This document shows positions 1 through 10,153 of a stretch of 64,000 bases of DNA, one piece after another. Below the pieces are notes generated by a model that saw only the letters and a program-made list of their open reading frames with translations, was not told the origin of the DNA and did no database searches. Every line of letters starts with the position of its first letter. Positions within the stretch are counted from its first letter, which is position 1. Both the position numbers and the translations under genes were made by a program. The stretch covers positions 12,805 to 76,804 of IMG/VR virus record IMGVR_UViG_2690316325_000010. The stretch is one strand, 5' to 3'. This DNA comes from a virus. Its lineage: Duplodnaviria > Heunggongvirae > Uroviricota > Caudoviricetes.

Positions 1-110
1 TCTCAATTGCCTGATGGCCCCTGCATTTTTACTGCCCGTTTTTCAACTAACTCGCGCAATTCACTTAGTTACTGGAGCCTCCCCTTCTCTGCCGACGTTC
101 AGGGGGGTTT

Positions 111-1520
111 ATGAAAACACCTCTCGTCACCCGTAATGAAATAGCCGAAGCGATCGCCTTGCATACTGCCTGTATGCCGACACGGGAGATCCCCGGCGCA
201 ATTGCTAACTATTTCATGATAACCAGACGTTTTTATACCCGAACAGATAAGGCTGTGATCAACAGGCTACTGATAGCCGAGATCAGGGATTATTTGATTG
301 AACAAGGACGTCTACGTTACGCAACAGTGGCAGCAGAAATGAGAAAGGAGGCACATAGAATGACCGGTAATAATTTAAATGTTGAAAAAACAGCACCTGT
401 TGCTTCAGCTACGCCATCACCAGCTGTGAATGTTATCTCCAACACTGGAGACACAATCGACAGCCAGACACTGTTAAAGATGGTCAATGAAGCGCGTAAG
501 TTATGTGGGGAACCAGAGGTTCGGAACAACAAATTCATCGAAAAAATACTCGACGAATTAGAAGGTGAGGACGGTTACACAAAAAGTGCAACCGTGCCGC
601 CAGGTGGCGGTACGCCTATGGTTGTCATAACCATGACCTACAAACAAGCCCTGCGAGTTGCCGCGCGCGAGTCAAAAGCGGTCCGCCGTTCGCTACATAC
701 CATGATTCAGGCATTGGAACCTATAAATGTTGAAAATCATCCTGATGAAATTCCCGTTCTGGAATGGCAGGGAGTACGCGTCGTGACAACCGAGACTCTT
801 GCTAGAGGGTATGGCACTACACCTACTCGTATTCAGCAGAACTACAATCGCAATGAAGAACGATTTGTAGAGGGTAAACACTTCTTTAAAATCAAAGGAG
901 ATGAGATAAAAAGTTTGCGACTATCTTTTAGCGAGTTGCAAATTTCCCCCAAGACCAGATCCTTAATACTCTGGACCGAACGCGGAGCGGCACGCATGTC
1001 TAAGATCGTAGACACAGAGCAAGCGTGGGCATTCTTTGAAAAACTGGAAGACAGCTACTTCCGGCAAAAAGAACAGCAACCGGTCGCAATCCCCCAGACG
1101 CTTCCCGAAGCTCTGCGCCTGGCTGCCGAGCTGGCTGAACAAAAGCAGCTACTGGAACAGAAAACCCACCAGCTAAATCAACAGCTGGTGGCCGCAGCCC
1201 CTAAAGTCGATTTTGCCGACCGGGTATCAGCGGCTAATGGAATCCTGATCGGGAACTTTGCAAAGGTCGTTGGACTTAAGCAAAACGCCCTTTTCTCATG
1301 GTTGCGCCAGAACGGCATTCTCATGGCTTTTGGTGCGCGCAAAAACGTACCGCGCCAGCAGTACATTAACGCCGGGTATTTCACGGTGAAAGAAGTGGTG
1401 CTGGATGATGAAAATGGCTACCAGATACGGCTGACGCCCCAATTAACGGGTAAAGGCCAGCAGTGGTTAACTCGCAAGCTACTTGATGCTGGTTTGTTAA
1501 AACCAGTAGCAATAGGTTAA
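111..1520 (+). CDS. ant1: phage antirepressor Ant (Ant1; an internal in-frame start could give Ant2)
   Basis: 469-aa ORF, ATG at 111 behind AGGGGGG. C-terminal ~120 aa closely parallels the KilA C-terminus downstream (LPEALRLAA.LAEQKQ ... GKGQQWL). Sits directly upstream of kilA-repL as in P1 immI (recalled). Confidence 0.7.
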   Translation: MKTPLVTRNEIAEAIALHTACMPTREIPGAIANYFMITRRFYTRTDKAVINRLLIAEIRDYLIEQGRLRYATVAAEMRKEAHRMTGNNLNVEKTAPVASATPSPAVNVISNTGDTIDSQTLLKMVNEARKLCGEPEVRNNKFIEKILDELEGEDGYTKSATVPPGGGTPMVVITMTYKQALRVAARESKAVRRSLHTMIQALEPINVENHPDEIPVLEWQGVRVVTTETLARGYGTTPTRIQQNYNRNEERFVEGKHFFKIKGDEIKSLRLSFSELQISPKTRSLILWTERGAARMSKIVDTEQAWAFFEKLEDSYFRQKEQQPVAIPQTLPEALRLAAELAEQKQLLEQKTHQLNQQLVAAAPKVDFADRVSAANGILIGNFAKVVGLKQNALFSWLRQNGILMAFGARKNVPRQQYINAGYFTVKEVVLDDENGYQIRLTPQLTGKGQQWLTRKLLDAGLLKPVAIG

Positions 1521-1533
1521 CAAAAGAAAAAAA

Positions 1534-1559
1534 CCTGCCAGCAAACTGGCAGGTTTCTG
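1534..1559 (+). terminator. rho-independent terminator after ant
   Basis: CCTGCCAG-caaa-CTGGCAGG hairpin followed by TTTCTG, 14 nt after the ant stop codon. Confidence 0.6.
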
Positions 1560-1598
1560 AGCAGATCGTCCAACCCGATCTGGATCGAGCCAGAAAAA

Positions 1599-1615
1599 TT
1601 TGCTCTAATAAATTT
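1599..1615 (+). promoter_or_regulatory. C1 repressor operator-like site upstream of kilA
   Basis: TTTGCTCTAATAAATTT matches the P1 C1 operator consensus ATTGCTCTAATAAATTT (recalled) at 16/17; lies about 70 bp upstream of kilA. Confidence 0.7.
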
Positions 1616-1685
1616 CGTTTTCTAAGTGCAAAGAATCACCATTTCGAGCTGGTGATTGAAGGTTGATGCAAATTTGGAGAAAAAA

Positions 1686-2486
1686 ATGCAACAAACATTC
1701 AATGCGGATATGAATATATCAAACCTTCATCAAAATGTCGATCCTTCAACCACTCTGCCCGTTATTTGTGGTGTTGAAATTACGACCGACCGCGCTGGCC
1801 GTTACAACCTTAATGCTCTACACAGAGCGAGCGGACTCGGTGCCCATAAAGCGCCAGCTCAATGGCTAAGAACGCTGTCAGCTAAACAGCTCATCGAAGA
1901 GCTTGAAAAAGAAACTATGCAGAATTGCATAGTTTCGTTCGAAGGCCGTGGCGGCGGCACTTTTGCCCATGAATTGCTCGCTGTGGAGTACGCAGGCTGG
2001 ATTTCTCCCGCGTTTCGGCTGAAGGTAAACCAGACATTTATCGACTATCGAACCGGAAGATTACAACCTGCTATTCCGCAGAGTCTCCCTGAAGCTCTCC
2101 GTTTGGCTGCCGACCTGGCAGAGCAAAAGCAACGGCTGGAGCAAAAAATGCTTATGGATGCACCTAAAGTCGAATTCGCTGAACGCGTTGCTACCGCCAG
2201 CGGGGTTCTAATCGGCAACTATGCCAAAGTGCTCGGCCTGGGCCAAAACTATCTCTTCACCTGGTTGCGTGATAACGGAATTCTGATCGCAACCGGTGAA
2301 CGCAGGAACGTCCCCAAACAAGAATACATATCCCGTGGGTATTTCACCCTTAAAGAAACCGTGATCGATACAAGCAATGGAAGCAGGATTTCTTTCACGA
2401 CTCGTATAACCGGCAAAGGTCAGCAGTGGCTGATGAAGCGATTGCTTGATGCTGGTGTGCTGGTACCTGTCGCGGCAACGCGCTAA
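1686..2486 (+). CDS. kilA: KilA (KilA-N domain protein)
   Basis: ORF track 1656..2486 begins with TTG; the first ATG (1686) has a GGAG RBS and gives 266 aa, the P1 KilA length as recalled. KilA-N/APSES-type motif GGTFAHELLAVEYAGWISP; C-terminus shared with Ant. Confidence 0.85.
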   Translation: MQQTFNADMNISNLHQNVDPSTTLPVICGVEITTDRAGRYNLNALHRASGLGAHKAPAQWLRTLSAKQLIEELEKETMQNCIVSFEGRGGGTFAHELLAVEYAGWISPAFRLKVNQTFIDYRTGRLQPAIPQSLPEALRLAADLAEQKQRLEQKMLMDAPKVEFAERVATASGVLIGNYAKVLGLGQNYLFTWLRDNGILIATGERRNVPKQEYISRGYFTLKETVIDTSNGSRISFTTRITGKGQQWLMKRLLDAGVLVPVAATR

Positions 2487-2515
2487 CAGACGTAGTAAGA
2501 ACCACCAGCATTGTA

Positions 2516-3361
2516 ATGCTGGCTAAAGTCACTTTCCTGAGCTGTATAACGATGAGCGATTTTACTTTTTCTGGCTATGAATTGGCCTGCTTTGTAACAC
2601 ACTCCGGTCTATCCCGTAGCGCCGGGCATATCCTGTCGCAATGTGCAAATCTCGCGGCAACAACCAGTGAATACTTCATTCACAAGCCTCACCGCCTGAT
2701 CGCGGCAGAAACTGGTTATAGCCAATCAACCGTCGTTCGTGCATTCCGTGAAGCTGTAAACAAAGGAATCCTGTCTGTAGAGATTGTTATCGGCGATCAC
2801 CGTGAACGTCGCGCTAACCTGTACCGGTTTACACCATCCTTTTTGGCCTTCGCACAACAAGCCAAAAATGCGCTGATTGAAAGCAAATTAAAGATCTCTT
2901 CAGCGGCAACCAAGGTTAAAGCTGTTCTCGCTAAGACATTGGCTTTATTTAATTTTTTATCCACACCCCCATGTCAAAATGATACCCCCTCCCCCTGTCA
3001 GGATGACGTGGCAATAAAGAATAAGAAGTCACAAGTTAAAAAAACAAAAAGATCAGTTTCCGGCGGTGCCGGAACGAGCAGACTCAAAAAATTGACTTCA
3101 TGGATCGCTGAGACAAAAGCAAAGGCTGACAATCTGCGGTTATCCAAAAAACGCGCACAAAAACATGAGTTCAAGCAGAAAGTAGAGGCGGCAGCGCGGA
3201 AATATGCTTACCTGAAGAACAAGCGTTCTCCTGATATTGGCGGGGTATCAAACTTCGATAATTTGCCGCATTGCATGACGGTAAACGAAGCTCTTAATGC
3301 GGTTTTAGCCAAAAATAAAGATAACGAAAAATGGGGTATACCGGCAGGATTCAGAGGGTGA
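2516..3361 (+). CDS. repL: lytic replicon replication protein RepL
   Basis: 281 aa immediately after kilA, same length and position as P1 RepL (recalled); HTH-like segment GYSQSTVVRAFREAVNKGIL. Confidence 0.7.
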   Translation: MLAKVTFLSCITMSDFTFSGYELACFVTHSGLSRSAGHILSQCANLAATTSEYFIHKPHRLIAAETGYSQSTVVRAFREAVNKGILSVEIVIGDHRERRANLYRFTPSFLAFAQQAKNALIESKLKISSAATKVKAVLAKTLALFNFLSTPPCQNDTPSPCQDDVAIKNKKSQVKKTKRSVSGGAGTSRLKKLTSWIAETKAKADNLRLSKKRAQKHEFKQKVEAAARKYAYLKNKRSPDIGGVSNFDNLPHCMTVNEALNAVLAKNKDNEKWGIPAGFRG

Positions 3362-3411
3362 TAGATTGCTCTAATCTGGAGTCACCTGGCGTTTTCAGTT
3401 TGAGGTCGGAG

Positions 3412-3657
3412 ATGCAATCTGATTTTTTACAGTTAGCGATCGCTTTTGCAGGATATGTTTGTATTGGCTTCTGTGTATACATGATCAGCCGAAAAATGCT
3501 TGTCGATATCGACCGCAAAGAACGAGCAGAGGAGATCTTAGTATGGATTTTCTTTGGCGCGGTCTGGCCATTAGGGATCATGTTTGCTGCAACATTTCTT
3601 CTGATGTGGATATTCACCCTTCCAGGTGATTTCTATAGAAAAAAAGCCAGACATTGA
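3412..3657 (+). CDS. small membrane protein (ORF track 3331..3657; internal ATG chosen as start)
   Basis: Two predicted TM helices (LAIAFAGYVCIGFCVYMI, VWPLGIMFAATFLLMWIF); GGAG 6 nt upstream of the ATG at 3412. Confidence 0.4.
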   Translation: MQSDFLQLAIAFAGYVCIGFCVYMISRKMLVDIDRKERAEEILVWIFFGAVWPLGIMFAATFLLMWIFTLPGDFYRKKARH

Positions 3658-3839
3658 TACAATCGCTGCGGGTGCTTGAGGCTATCTGCTTCAGGCATTA
3701 CCCGACAAGCAGATAGAAGAAAGCCCCAGATAACATTACGCGTCCTGCAAGACGCTTAACATTAATCTGAGGCCATATCTATGCTTAGCATACGTAGATT
3801 AGCCCTCTCCCCTTTTTAGGAGCAAGGAATTTTTTACTG

Positions 3840-4472
3840 CTATGCCGCCTTTCCAATTATGGATTCAGCGACCAGAACAACCCCATGCTTACTTCGATCT
3901 GGGTGTTCACTCCATATCTCGGATTCAGGAATACTTACCCCGTCATAGCAAACACGTTCGCCGTCAAACGGGTAATACTGAGCGGCATCGGTGTCGAGGA
4001 TAAACACTTTTAGCTCGGAAGAGCGACGGGCGATGTGTTGCCAAAGAGCTTTTCCACCTTCGTATTGCTCATTATCACTGAGCAAAACAACACCAGCTTT
4101 TGAGGCTACGGTTTCGTAAACAAAAGTAGCTAAACCGACATCCCGGACGGTTCCATCAACCACGATACCTTCAATCTGGGCAACATCGCTATCCTCCCAG
4201 AACTTCCTTACCAGTACGCCTTCAAGCTGCGGGCGACGTTGAAGTTCAAGAGTAGCGACAACCTTATGGCGCATATCACCATCGATAACAGAAGGCGCAG
4301 CCTCTATTACAGCTGCAAATGGGGTTTTGGAATCCCATATAACCTGGTAAAGCACACCCTGGATGGTAACTCCGTCCAGGATCGAAAATCGACGAGCGAC
4401 AGTACCCGGGGAGTACGACATTGGAATCACAGCCATTTTAGAGTCCCCCTTTAACAGTACAGGCACAAACAT
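3840..4472 (-). CDS. hypothetical protein (first gene of the minus-strand virion block)
   Basis: 210-aa ORF, ATG start with GAGGTAG RBS; continuous same-strand gene run up to parB. Confidence 0.5.
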   Translation of the reverse strand: MFVPVLLKGDSKMAVIPMSYSPGTVARRFSILDGVTIQGVLYQVIWDSKTPFAAVIEAAPSVIDGDMRHKVVATLELQRRPQLEGVLVRKFWEDSDVAQIEGIVVDGTVRDVGLATFVYETVASKAGVVLLSDNEQYEGGKALWQHIARRSSELKVFILDTDAAQYYPFDGERVCYDGVSIPESEIWSEHPDRSKHGVVLVAESIIGKAA

Positions 4473-4607
4473 CTACCTCAATAATTGTAGTTTATTAGAA
4501 CATTAATAATCTAACATAAAACTCAAGACAATGTTATCGATGCATTCTTATATAAAATAGTTATAAAAAAAGCTCCCGAAGGAGCTTTAAAATACAAGGG
4601 ATGACTC

Positions 4608-5117
4608 TTAATCCCACTCAATCCAGTTGTAGACGATACGAAGTGACGGGCGCACAGCGGCAGTCACATCTTCGGTACTAAAGTCGATTGCATCACTGTA
4701 GATTTTGCAGTCCAACATTTCAATTGTTGTAGCAGCTTTTGTCACAGCGTTAACCCCGGAAGATTTGGATTCAGGGGTAGCAGCCATCGTGATATCAACA
4801 TAGTCCTTCGCCGCAATGCGATCCTTGATGAACTGAAGAATATCGCCTTCGATAGTCTCCACGCACTGGACCTGGATTTCCCCAGAGTTTCGAATTGGTC
4901 CGTGCTGGTTGAACTTCACACCATTCGGACCATAGTCCTCCACATCCTCGCGTGTCATTTCAGGGATTTGCGACGTGCGAACCAGTACGCTGATATCTTC
5001 ATGGCCTGCAAAAGTGAGCTGGAATTCAGAAGATACCAGTCGTTCGCCTTTGGCCGCGTTGGCAGTATAGCGGCCCTTAATAAATTTACGGTTTCCCTTA
5101 GTGTTATTGTGCCCCAT
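4608..5117 (-). CDS. putative tail/baseplate structural protein
   Basis: 169-aa ORF tightly packed in the same-strand run with the putative sheath gene; no motif confirmed. Confidence 0.45.
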   Translation of the reverse strand: MGHNNTKGNRKFIKGRYTANAAKGERLVSSEFQLTFAGHEDISVLVRTSQIPEMTREDVEDYGPNGVKFNQHGPIRNSGEIQVQCVETIEGDILQFIKDRIAAKDYVDITMAATPESKSSGVNAVTKAATTIEMLDCKIYSDAIDFSTEDVTAAVRPSLRIVYNWIEWD

Positions 5118-5128
5118 ATAAAATCCTT

Positions 5129-5710
5129 TTACTGGAACGCCCGAACAATATCGGAGCTGTTATATATCGAAGAACCGGTCAACTGGAGGTTGACGGTGTT
5201 TTTCAGGAAATATCCATTACTGTCCCTTGGCGCATCGAGATCAAAACTTAAGTCCTGGATGGCGACATCGGTGATGTTGATCCGGCGACCAATGTTTAGC
5301 GTCACGCGCTCCGGGATTCGACCACCAACATTGGCCGCTTTTAGTTCCGGGCTAATCATGGCTGTCAACGCGGCGATAGCGCCTGAAACTTCAATGAATG
5401 GATTGTTCAAAGCAATGAAAGTTACAGGCAGCGTGAACGTCGGCGGAGTCCCCCCTTCCCAAACCATTAAGCTATTCCAACGGGCAACCGACGTTGTTTC
5501 AGTACCTACTTGCACAAAACCACCCAGAGCACCAGAAACAGATCCCATGGACATACCGGTAAACGGCGCTTCCCAATTCTGGGCCATGTTCATTGCCGCT
5601 CCCTGGCTGATATATCCGGTAACCTGGTACTGAGAGTTCGTTAAAGTAACTTTCAGAAATGGCGATACACCGTCAGCCTGGCTGTAAACCCCATAAGGTA
5701 TAGGTGCCAT
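5129..5710 (-). CDS. putative tail/baseplate structural protein
   Basis: 193-aa Gly/Ser/Thr-rich ORF, 11 nt from the neighbouring gene; structural-protein-like composition. Confidence 0.45.
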   Translation of the reverse strand: MAPIPYGVYSQADGVSPFLKVTLTNSQYQVTGYISQGAAMNMAQNWEAPFTGMSMGSVSGALGGFVQVGTETTSVARWNSLMVWEGGTPPTFTLPVTFIALNNPFIEVSGAIAALTAMISPELKAANVGGRIPERVTLNIGRRINITDVAIQDLSFDLDAPRDSNGYFLKNTVNLQLTGSSIYNSSDIVRAFQ

Positions 5711-5745
5711 TCAAGTTAAAGGCCGGAGTTCTCCGGCCTCCTCCT

Positions 5746-6561
5746 TTAGCCAAGGCGCTTACGGCGCAGTTTCATTGACTTTTTGCGGGCAAGTTTTGCC
5801 GCGCCGGTCTGGGCTTTTCGACGCGCTTTTTTCAGCGCCGATTTTTGAGCCGCAGTCAGACGTTTTTTACGCAGGCGTTTACGGATGAGTTTGATCTCAC
5901 CGTTACGAACAACCTTCTTAAATGCTTCAGTCAGCATTTCATCAGAAGTGCCAGCAACAACAAACGCCGCTTCCAGTTCGTCGCGGTCGTCGCTATCTAA
6001 ACCAGCGATAGAGGCACCAACATCAGCAGCAGCGTCGTCGTCTTCATCGTCAGCCAGTGCTTCGATCAGGTCATCATCTACACCGCATGCTGCGAGGAAG
6101 TCAGCAACATTTGCCCATGCTTCGTTATAGGCATCGTCCTGTTCTTCTGTAACTTCGGAGTCGTCGTCATCAGAGATACCAGCGATAGCCTGAACGAAAC
6201 CATCAAGGGAGTCGAAAGTCAGATCACCGCTATCAGCCCAGGAGAAAACGGCGTCGGCCGCATCACTCAACGCATTCTGCATAGCACTTCGATTTGCAGC
6301 TTCCAGAATCATCTGGTGCGCCTGTTCGACGGTCCATTCTTTACCGTCTTTCCCTTCCAGGATTTGCTCTGGAGCCGGGGCAGATGGAACGTTATCGTTA
6401 GTCTGTGCCGCCGGTTCCGGATTATTATTAATAACCGGATCTGTTGGCGGTTCGGCGCTTGCTCGGGCAGACTCCATCAGCTGCACAGGATCAGAGTTCA
6501 AAGCGAAACGGGACAGTCCATTCCCCAAAAATGCCCCGGATTGAAAAAAGTTTTTGCTCAT
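5746..6561 (-). CDS. acidic protein with basic C-terminal tail
   Basis: 271 aa; long Asp/Glu-rich centre and a Lys/Arg-rich C-terminus (RKRLRKKRL...RRKRLG). Confidence 0.5.
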   Translation of the reverse strand: MSKNFFQSGAFLGNGLSRFALNSDPVQLMESARASAEPPTDPVINNNPEPAAQTNDNVPSAPAPEQILEGKDGKEWTVEQAHQMILEAANRSAMQNALSDAADAVFSWADSGDLTFDSLDGFVQAIAGISDDDDSEVTEEQDDAYNEAWANVADFLAACGVDDDLIEALADDEDDDAAADVGASIAGLDSDDRDELEAAFVVAGTSDEMLTEAFKKVVRNGEIKLIRKRLRKKRLTAAQKSALKKARRKAQTGAAKLARKKSMKLRRKRLG

Positions 6562-6570
6562 TGTATTCCC

Positions 6571-8160
6571 TTACTTAATAAGCAGCGGTACGCCCTGGAT
6601 ACGACGGGCTACGCCAGTCGGGCAGCAGGCCCAGACTACTTCCCATTTATCGAATTCCGCCTGCGTAACTTTCAGCACATACGGTTCTGTACCGTCAGCA
6701 TCGGGATCACGAGGAGCCACCAGAGCGCCGGAGGCGACAAAGCGATCTAAAAGTTTGGTCATCCCTTTAGTCAGGCCAGCCGCAGTAATACCGTCCGGGC
6801 TATGCTTCATCTGTCGGGCTAACTGGACAAAGAAACGACTGATTGCATTCATCAGGGATGGGACGTGCTGGAAGTGCAGATAGTTATCCTGCGTGCAGCA
6901 AGTTAAAGCATCGTCGATGATCATCTGGCCAGAGGTGCCAACAGATACTTTATTGAGACGGCCCTTGACCATTGCTTCTTCGTCCGGGGTATCTTCCGGA
7001 TACAGCGGTTGAATTGACGCACGAGCAATGACGGCACGTTCTTCACCAGCCGGTGAGTAATGCCAACCGCCGACATCAGAGTTTTTCTTGACGCCACGAG
7101 CTTTCGCCGCATACGCCGCGCCAGACAGACCGAAGACCACACGGGATTGGGTCCATTTGTCTTTGCAGGAGAACGGGTAGTGATAGACAGAACAGCTTAC
7201 ATAATCGGTACCAAGTAAACCGGTACCCTCAACAGCTGTTAGTGCTTCTGCGTACCTTAATGTCGGTTTGACATCAAAGAAGCCATCAATCAGGCGATCT
7301 GCACAGATTTTACCTAATGCGGTGATAGCCGCATTGTCATAGCAGCCCAGGCCAAGAACAGCGGTGTACATGTACGGCGCATTATTCAGCACTTTAACCG
7401 CACGCAGGTAAGCAGCGGTTGAGATTTTCGACTGATCGCCATTGGTACCGCCAGTGAATGCCACCGATTTTTTATTTGTTACTTTCGCTGTAGAAATCAG
7501 CTCTTCATTAACAACCGCACGCAGATATTTAGAACGGGCTTCCAGAGCCGTAGGCAGATAACACAAGCGGCCCATGTCATCTTTCGCTTCTTCCGCCAAA
7601 GACACAGTGTGTGTCTCCAGGGTCGTTACCACACCGAGCGAAGTCGTCTGGGTCAGTTTTAAGAGGAAGCGTTCATTACCCGCGCTGTCCGCTGTTGCCG
7701 TTTCGATGGTTAACTCACGGGTAGGTGAAATACACGGATCACCATCATCAACGTAGATAGCAAAGGCTTCGCCGCTATCAAGTTCAATTTCAGAACCGTA
7801 TGGCAACGCACTGTTAGCCGGTTCGCCTGATTCATCGAACATAATAATCGGGAACTTCGCATCATCCGGAACAGCACGGACAACATAACCAGACGTTTGC
7901 TGAATAGCTTCGTACACATGGCGAATTGGTTCAAACTGTGAGCCGGAAGACGGCTTCAGCGGTTCGCCAAGAACATCTTCGTAATTGGACTCAGTAACCG
8001 CAAGAACAGTAAACGGCTTGCCACGCGCAAATACGCCAATACCAGCCCACAAGCTGCTATTTAATGCAACACCGGTAGATAACGTCGCATCGGCATTGAT
8101 CGGGCTAACCGCGACGCCGGATGCATTACCTAATGACTGTTGAATTGAATATTGAGACAT
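6571..8160 (-). CDS. contractile tail sheath protein candidate (position of P1 gene 22)
   Basis: 529 aa (about 57 kDa), size and position relative to parB as I recall for the P1 sheath gene; not motif-verified. Confidence 0.5.
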   Translation of the reverse strand: MSQYSIQQSLGNASGVAVSPINADATLSTGVALNSSLWAGIGVFARGKPFTVLAVTESNYEDVLGEPLKPSSGSQFEPIRHVYEAIQQTSGYVVRAVPDDAKFPIIMFDESGEPANSALPYGSEIELDSGEAFAIYVDDGDPCISPTRELTIETATADSAGNERFLLKLTQTTSLGVVTTLETHTVSLAEEAKDDMGRLCYLPTALEARSKYLRAVVNEELISTAKVTNKKSVAFTGGTNGDQSKISTAAYLRAVKVLNNAPYMYTAVLGLGCYDNAAITALGKICADRLIDGFFDVKPTLRYAEALTAVEGTGLLGTDYVSCSVYHYPFSCKDKWTQSRVVFGLSGAAYAAKARGVKKNSDVGGWHYSPAGEERAVIARASIQPLYPEDTPDEEAMVKGRLNKVSVGTSGQMIIDDALTCCTQDNYLHFQHVPSLMNAISRFFVQLARQMKHSPDGITAAGLTKGMTKLLDRFVASGALVAPRDPDADGTEPYVLKVTQAEFDKWEVVWACCPTGVARRIQGVPLLIK

Positions 8161-8220
8161 AACTTTCCCTGTTATGCGCCCCGCGCGGGGGCGCTATGTT
8201 AAACGGAGAGCTTCCCCTGA

Positions 8221-9948
8221 TTACTCAGAGTCACCAGCATCAATCGTGTTACCGGTCAGGAAGTTAATTCCGCCATTTTTTGCCATAGTCAGAGTTACAC
8301 GGGTGAAGTAGTCAGCACCGTTGCGTGGATGCATATCGTTGATAGCCGAACCCCACAGAGTGGTTCGGTTGACTAGTGCCGGGGTGGTCGGATGCTGGAA
8401 TGGGACAGCCGGGACTGCATCACCAGTTACGAAGCCCGCTTTGCCCGGATTTTCATCACGGACGTAGCACAGCACATCCATTGGGCTGAACTGGATACCG
8501 TCGGCGGTCAGGTTCGTACAAATACCTTCTGGTACTTCGAACACTTTGACGTTGCCGAACAGAGTGCCAATGTAGTGGACGTATGGGGTCTGGATGTAAT
8601 CTTCTGCTGGCTGGAAGAAATCCTTCGGCAATTGTTTGAAGAAAGATGCCGCATCAGCACCGGCATACATCCCCATCGCACCAGAAGATTTAACACGCTC
8701 AATAATACCGCGATATACCGTCTGGAATTTGCCTCGAATGATGGTTGCCCACACATCAAAGGTCTGGTTAGCTGGTAGTGCAATATCAAAGGAGTCGGTC
8801 GCAAGAGTTCGCCAAATCATGATACGAAGACGAAGCATATCTTGCTCATGGGATAGGTATTCCTTCAGGGTGCGGAACTGTAGGGAGCCAAGATCCAGAC
8901 CAAATTCACGCTGTGCTTCATACGCCGCCTGTACCGTGTGCTCAGCCGCGATGACGAACTGGTTTGGGAACAGGGTGTAACTCTTCATTTCGTGGTTGAT
9001 AAGTGGGATCAGCTCAGGAGCTGCTTCTATATTGATCTCCGCCTCAATGGCGATCTCAGTGCCTTTATCCGGCGCTTTGGAGAACGACAGGGCAATCTGA
9101 CCAACGTTGTAATTCAAAGAGCAAGTAACAGTGATTTGTTCGCCTGCTTTGTTATTGAATGTGTGAAGCAGAGTACCGGAGCCGTTATCAACAACAGACT
9201 TAATACGGTTAACGTAGATGTTTGTGCGACCTTTGCGAATCGGGACATTCTGACCTTCGACATCTTCCATCTTGAAGGTTGCAGTTTTGCTGGTGCCGTC
9301 GGAGCTTGCAACCAGCACATAGCGGCGGCGCAACTGACTGTACACGCCAACGGATTGCATGTCCAGAACATCACCAATAGCATAGGAGCCAAAAGAAGAA
9401 CCCGCTACGTTAAAGATTTCATAGATTTCGGACTTGTCACGCGTAACCGGAATGAATGTACACGCATCAGCGGTAGCTGCCCCCAACTGAACAGGCAGGA
9501 TCATCGCCAAGAATAAAGGCAGACGCATAACCCCGTCAGAAACACTCATCATCTCTGCCGCGACTGATTCCAGCATCGCTTTATTGGTGGCGTCCATGCT
9601 ATTGCGGGTGGACTCAATCAGGCAGTTTTCCAGCGTCTGATGGCAGGAGGCCAGAATTTCCGGACGTGGCATAGATTTATGTGTTGCGGCGTAGTCAGCC
9701 AGTGCACTTGCCCACGCTGTAGCGATTTGAGCGGTGGCATTATCAGAGATACCCGCAAAAATTGGGTCTTTACGTGCAGCTTCAAGGATAGATGCGGCAC
9801 GCGCGGCATCATCTTTAATGAATTGGTTATCAGTACCGAACTGCGCAGTGCTTGCCCAGCCAAGCACAGCTTTAGAGCGTTTTGCGATATCTGCAATACG
9901 ATTCTGGTATTCGCGTAAGTTACTCAATTTACTCTTCCTTAAACACAA
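8221..9948 (-). CDS. major head (capsid) protein candidate (position of P1 gene 23)
   Basis: 575-aa ORF next to parS/parB. The track start is TTG; a TTG at about 9927 sits 4 nt after AAGGAAGAG and may be the true start. Confidence 0.5.
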   Translation of the reverse strand: MCLRKSKLSNLREYQNRIADIAKRSKAVLGWASTAQFGTDNQFIKDDAARAASILEAARKDPIFAGISDNATAQIATAWASALADYAATHKSMPRPEILASCHQTLENCLIESTRNSMDATNKAMLESVAAEMMSVSDGVMRLPLFLAMILPVQLGAATADACTFIPVTRDKSEIYEIFNVAGSSFGSYAIGDVLDMQSVGVYSQLRRRYVLVASSDGTSKTATFKMEDVEGQNVPIRKGRTNIYVNRIKSVVDNGSGTLLHTFNNKAGEQITVTCSLNYNVGQIALSFSKAPDKGTEIAIEAEINIEAAPELIPLINHEMKSYTLFPNQFVIAAEHTVQAAYEAQREFGLDLGSLQFRTLKEYLSHEQDMLRLRIMIWRTLATDSFDIALPANQTFDVWATIIRGKFQTVYRGIIERVKSSGAMGMYAGADAASFFKQLPKDFFQPAEDYIQTPYVHYIGTLFGNVKVFEVPEGICTNLTADGIQFSPMDVLCYVRDENPGKAGFVTGDAVPAVPFQHPTTPALVNRTTLWGSAINDMHPRNGADYFTRVTLTMAKNGGINFLTGNTIDAGDSE

Positions 9949-10066
9949 GGCACTTGTGTGAATCCCTTTTCGGAAGAGATTTTATTGAAAGTCACTTGTT
10001 GACTTTCTCGTGACAAGCAATTTTTTTATTTTTTTTCGGGAGTAGGGGAGGAAGGTAAAATCCAAG

Positions 10067-10150
10067 GTGAAATCGTGGCGATTTCACCTTGAAATTTTAG
10101 AGTGATTTACTTTAAAAACAGTAGGTTAATAGTGAAATTTGAATGGCGAA
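10067..10150. other. parS: parS partition site
   Basis: Palindrome GTGAAATCG-TGGCGA-TTTCAC (heptamer box A ATTTCAC, hexamer box B TCGCCA), further GTGAAAT and TGGCGA copies downstream and an AT-rich spacer suited to IHF; lies just past the parB stop. Confidence 0.8.
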
Positions 10151-10153
10151 AGT

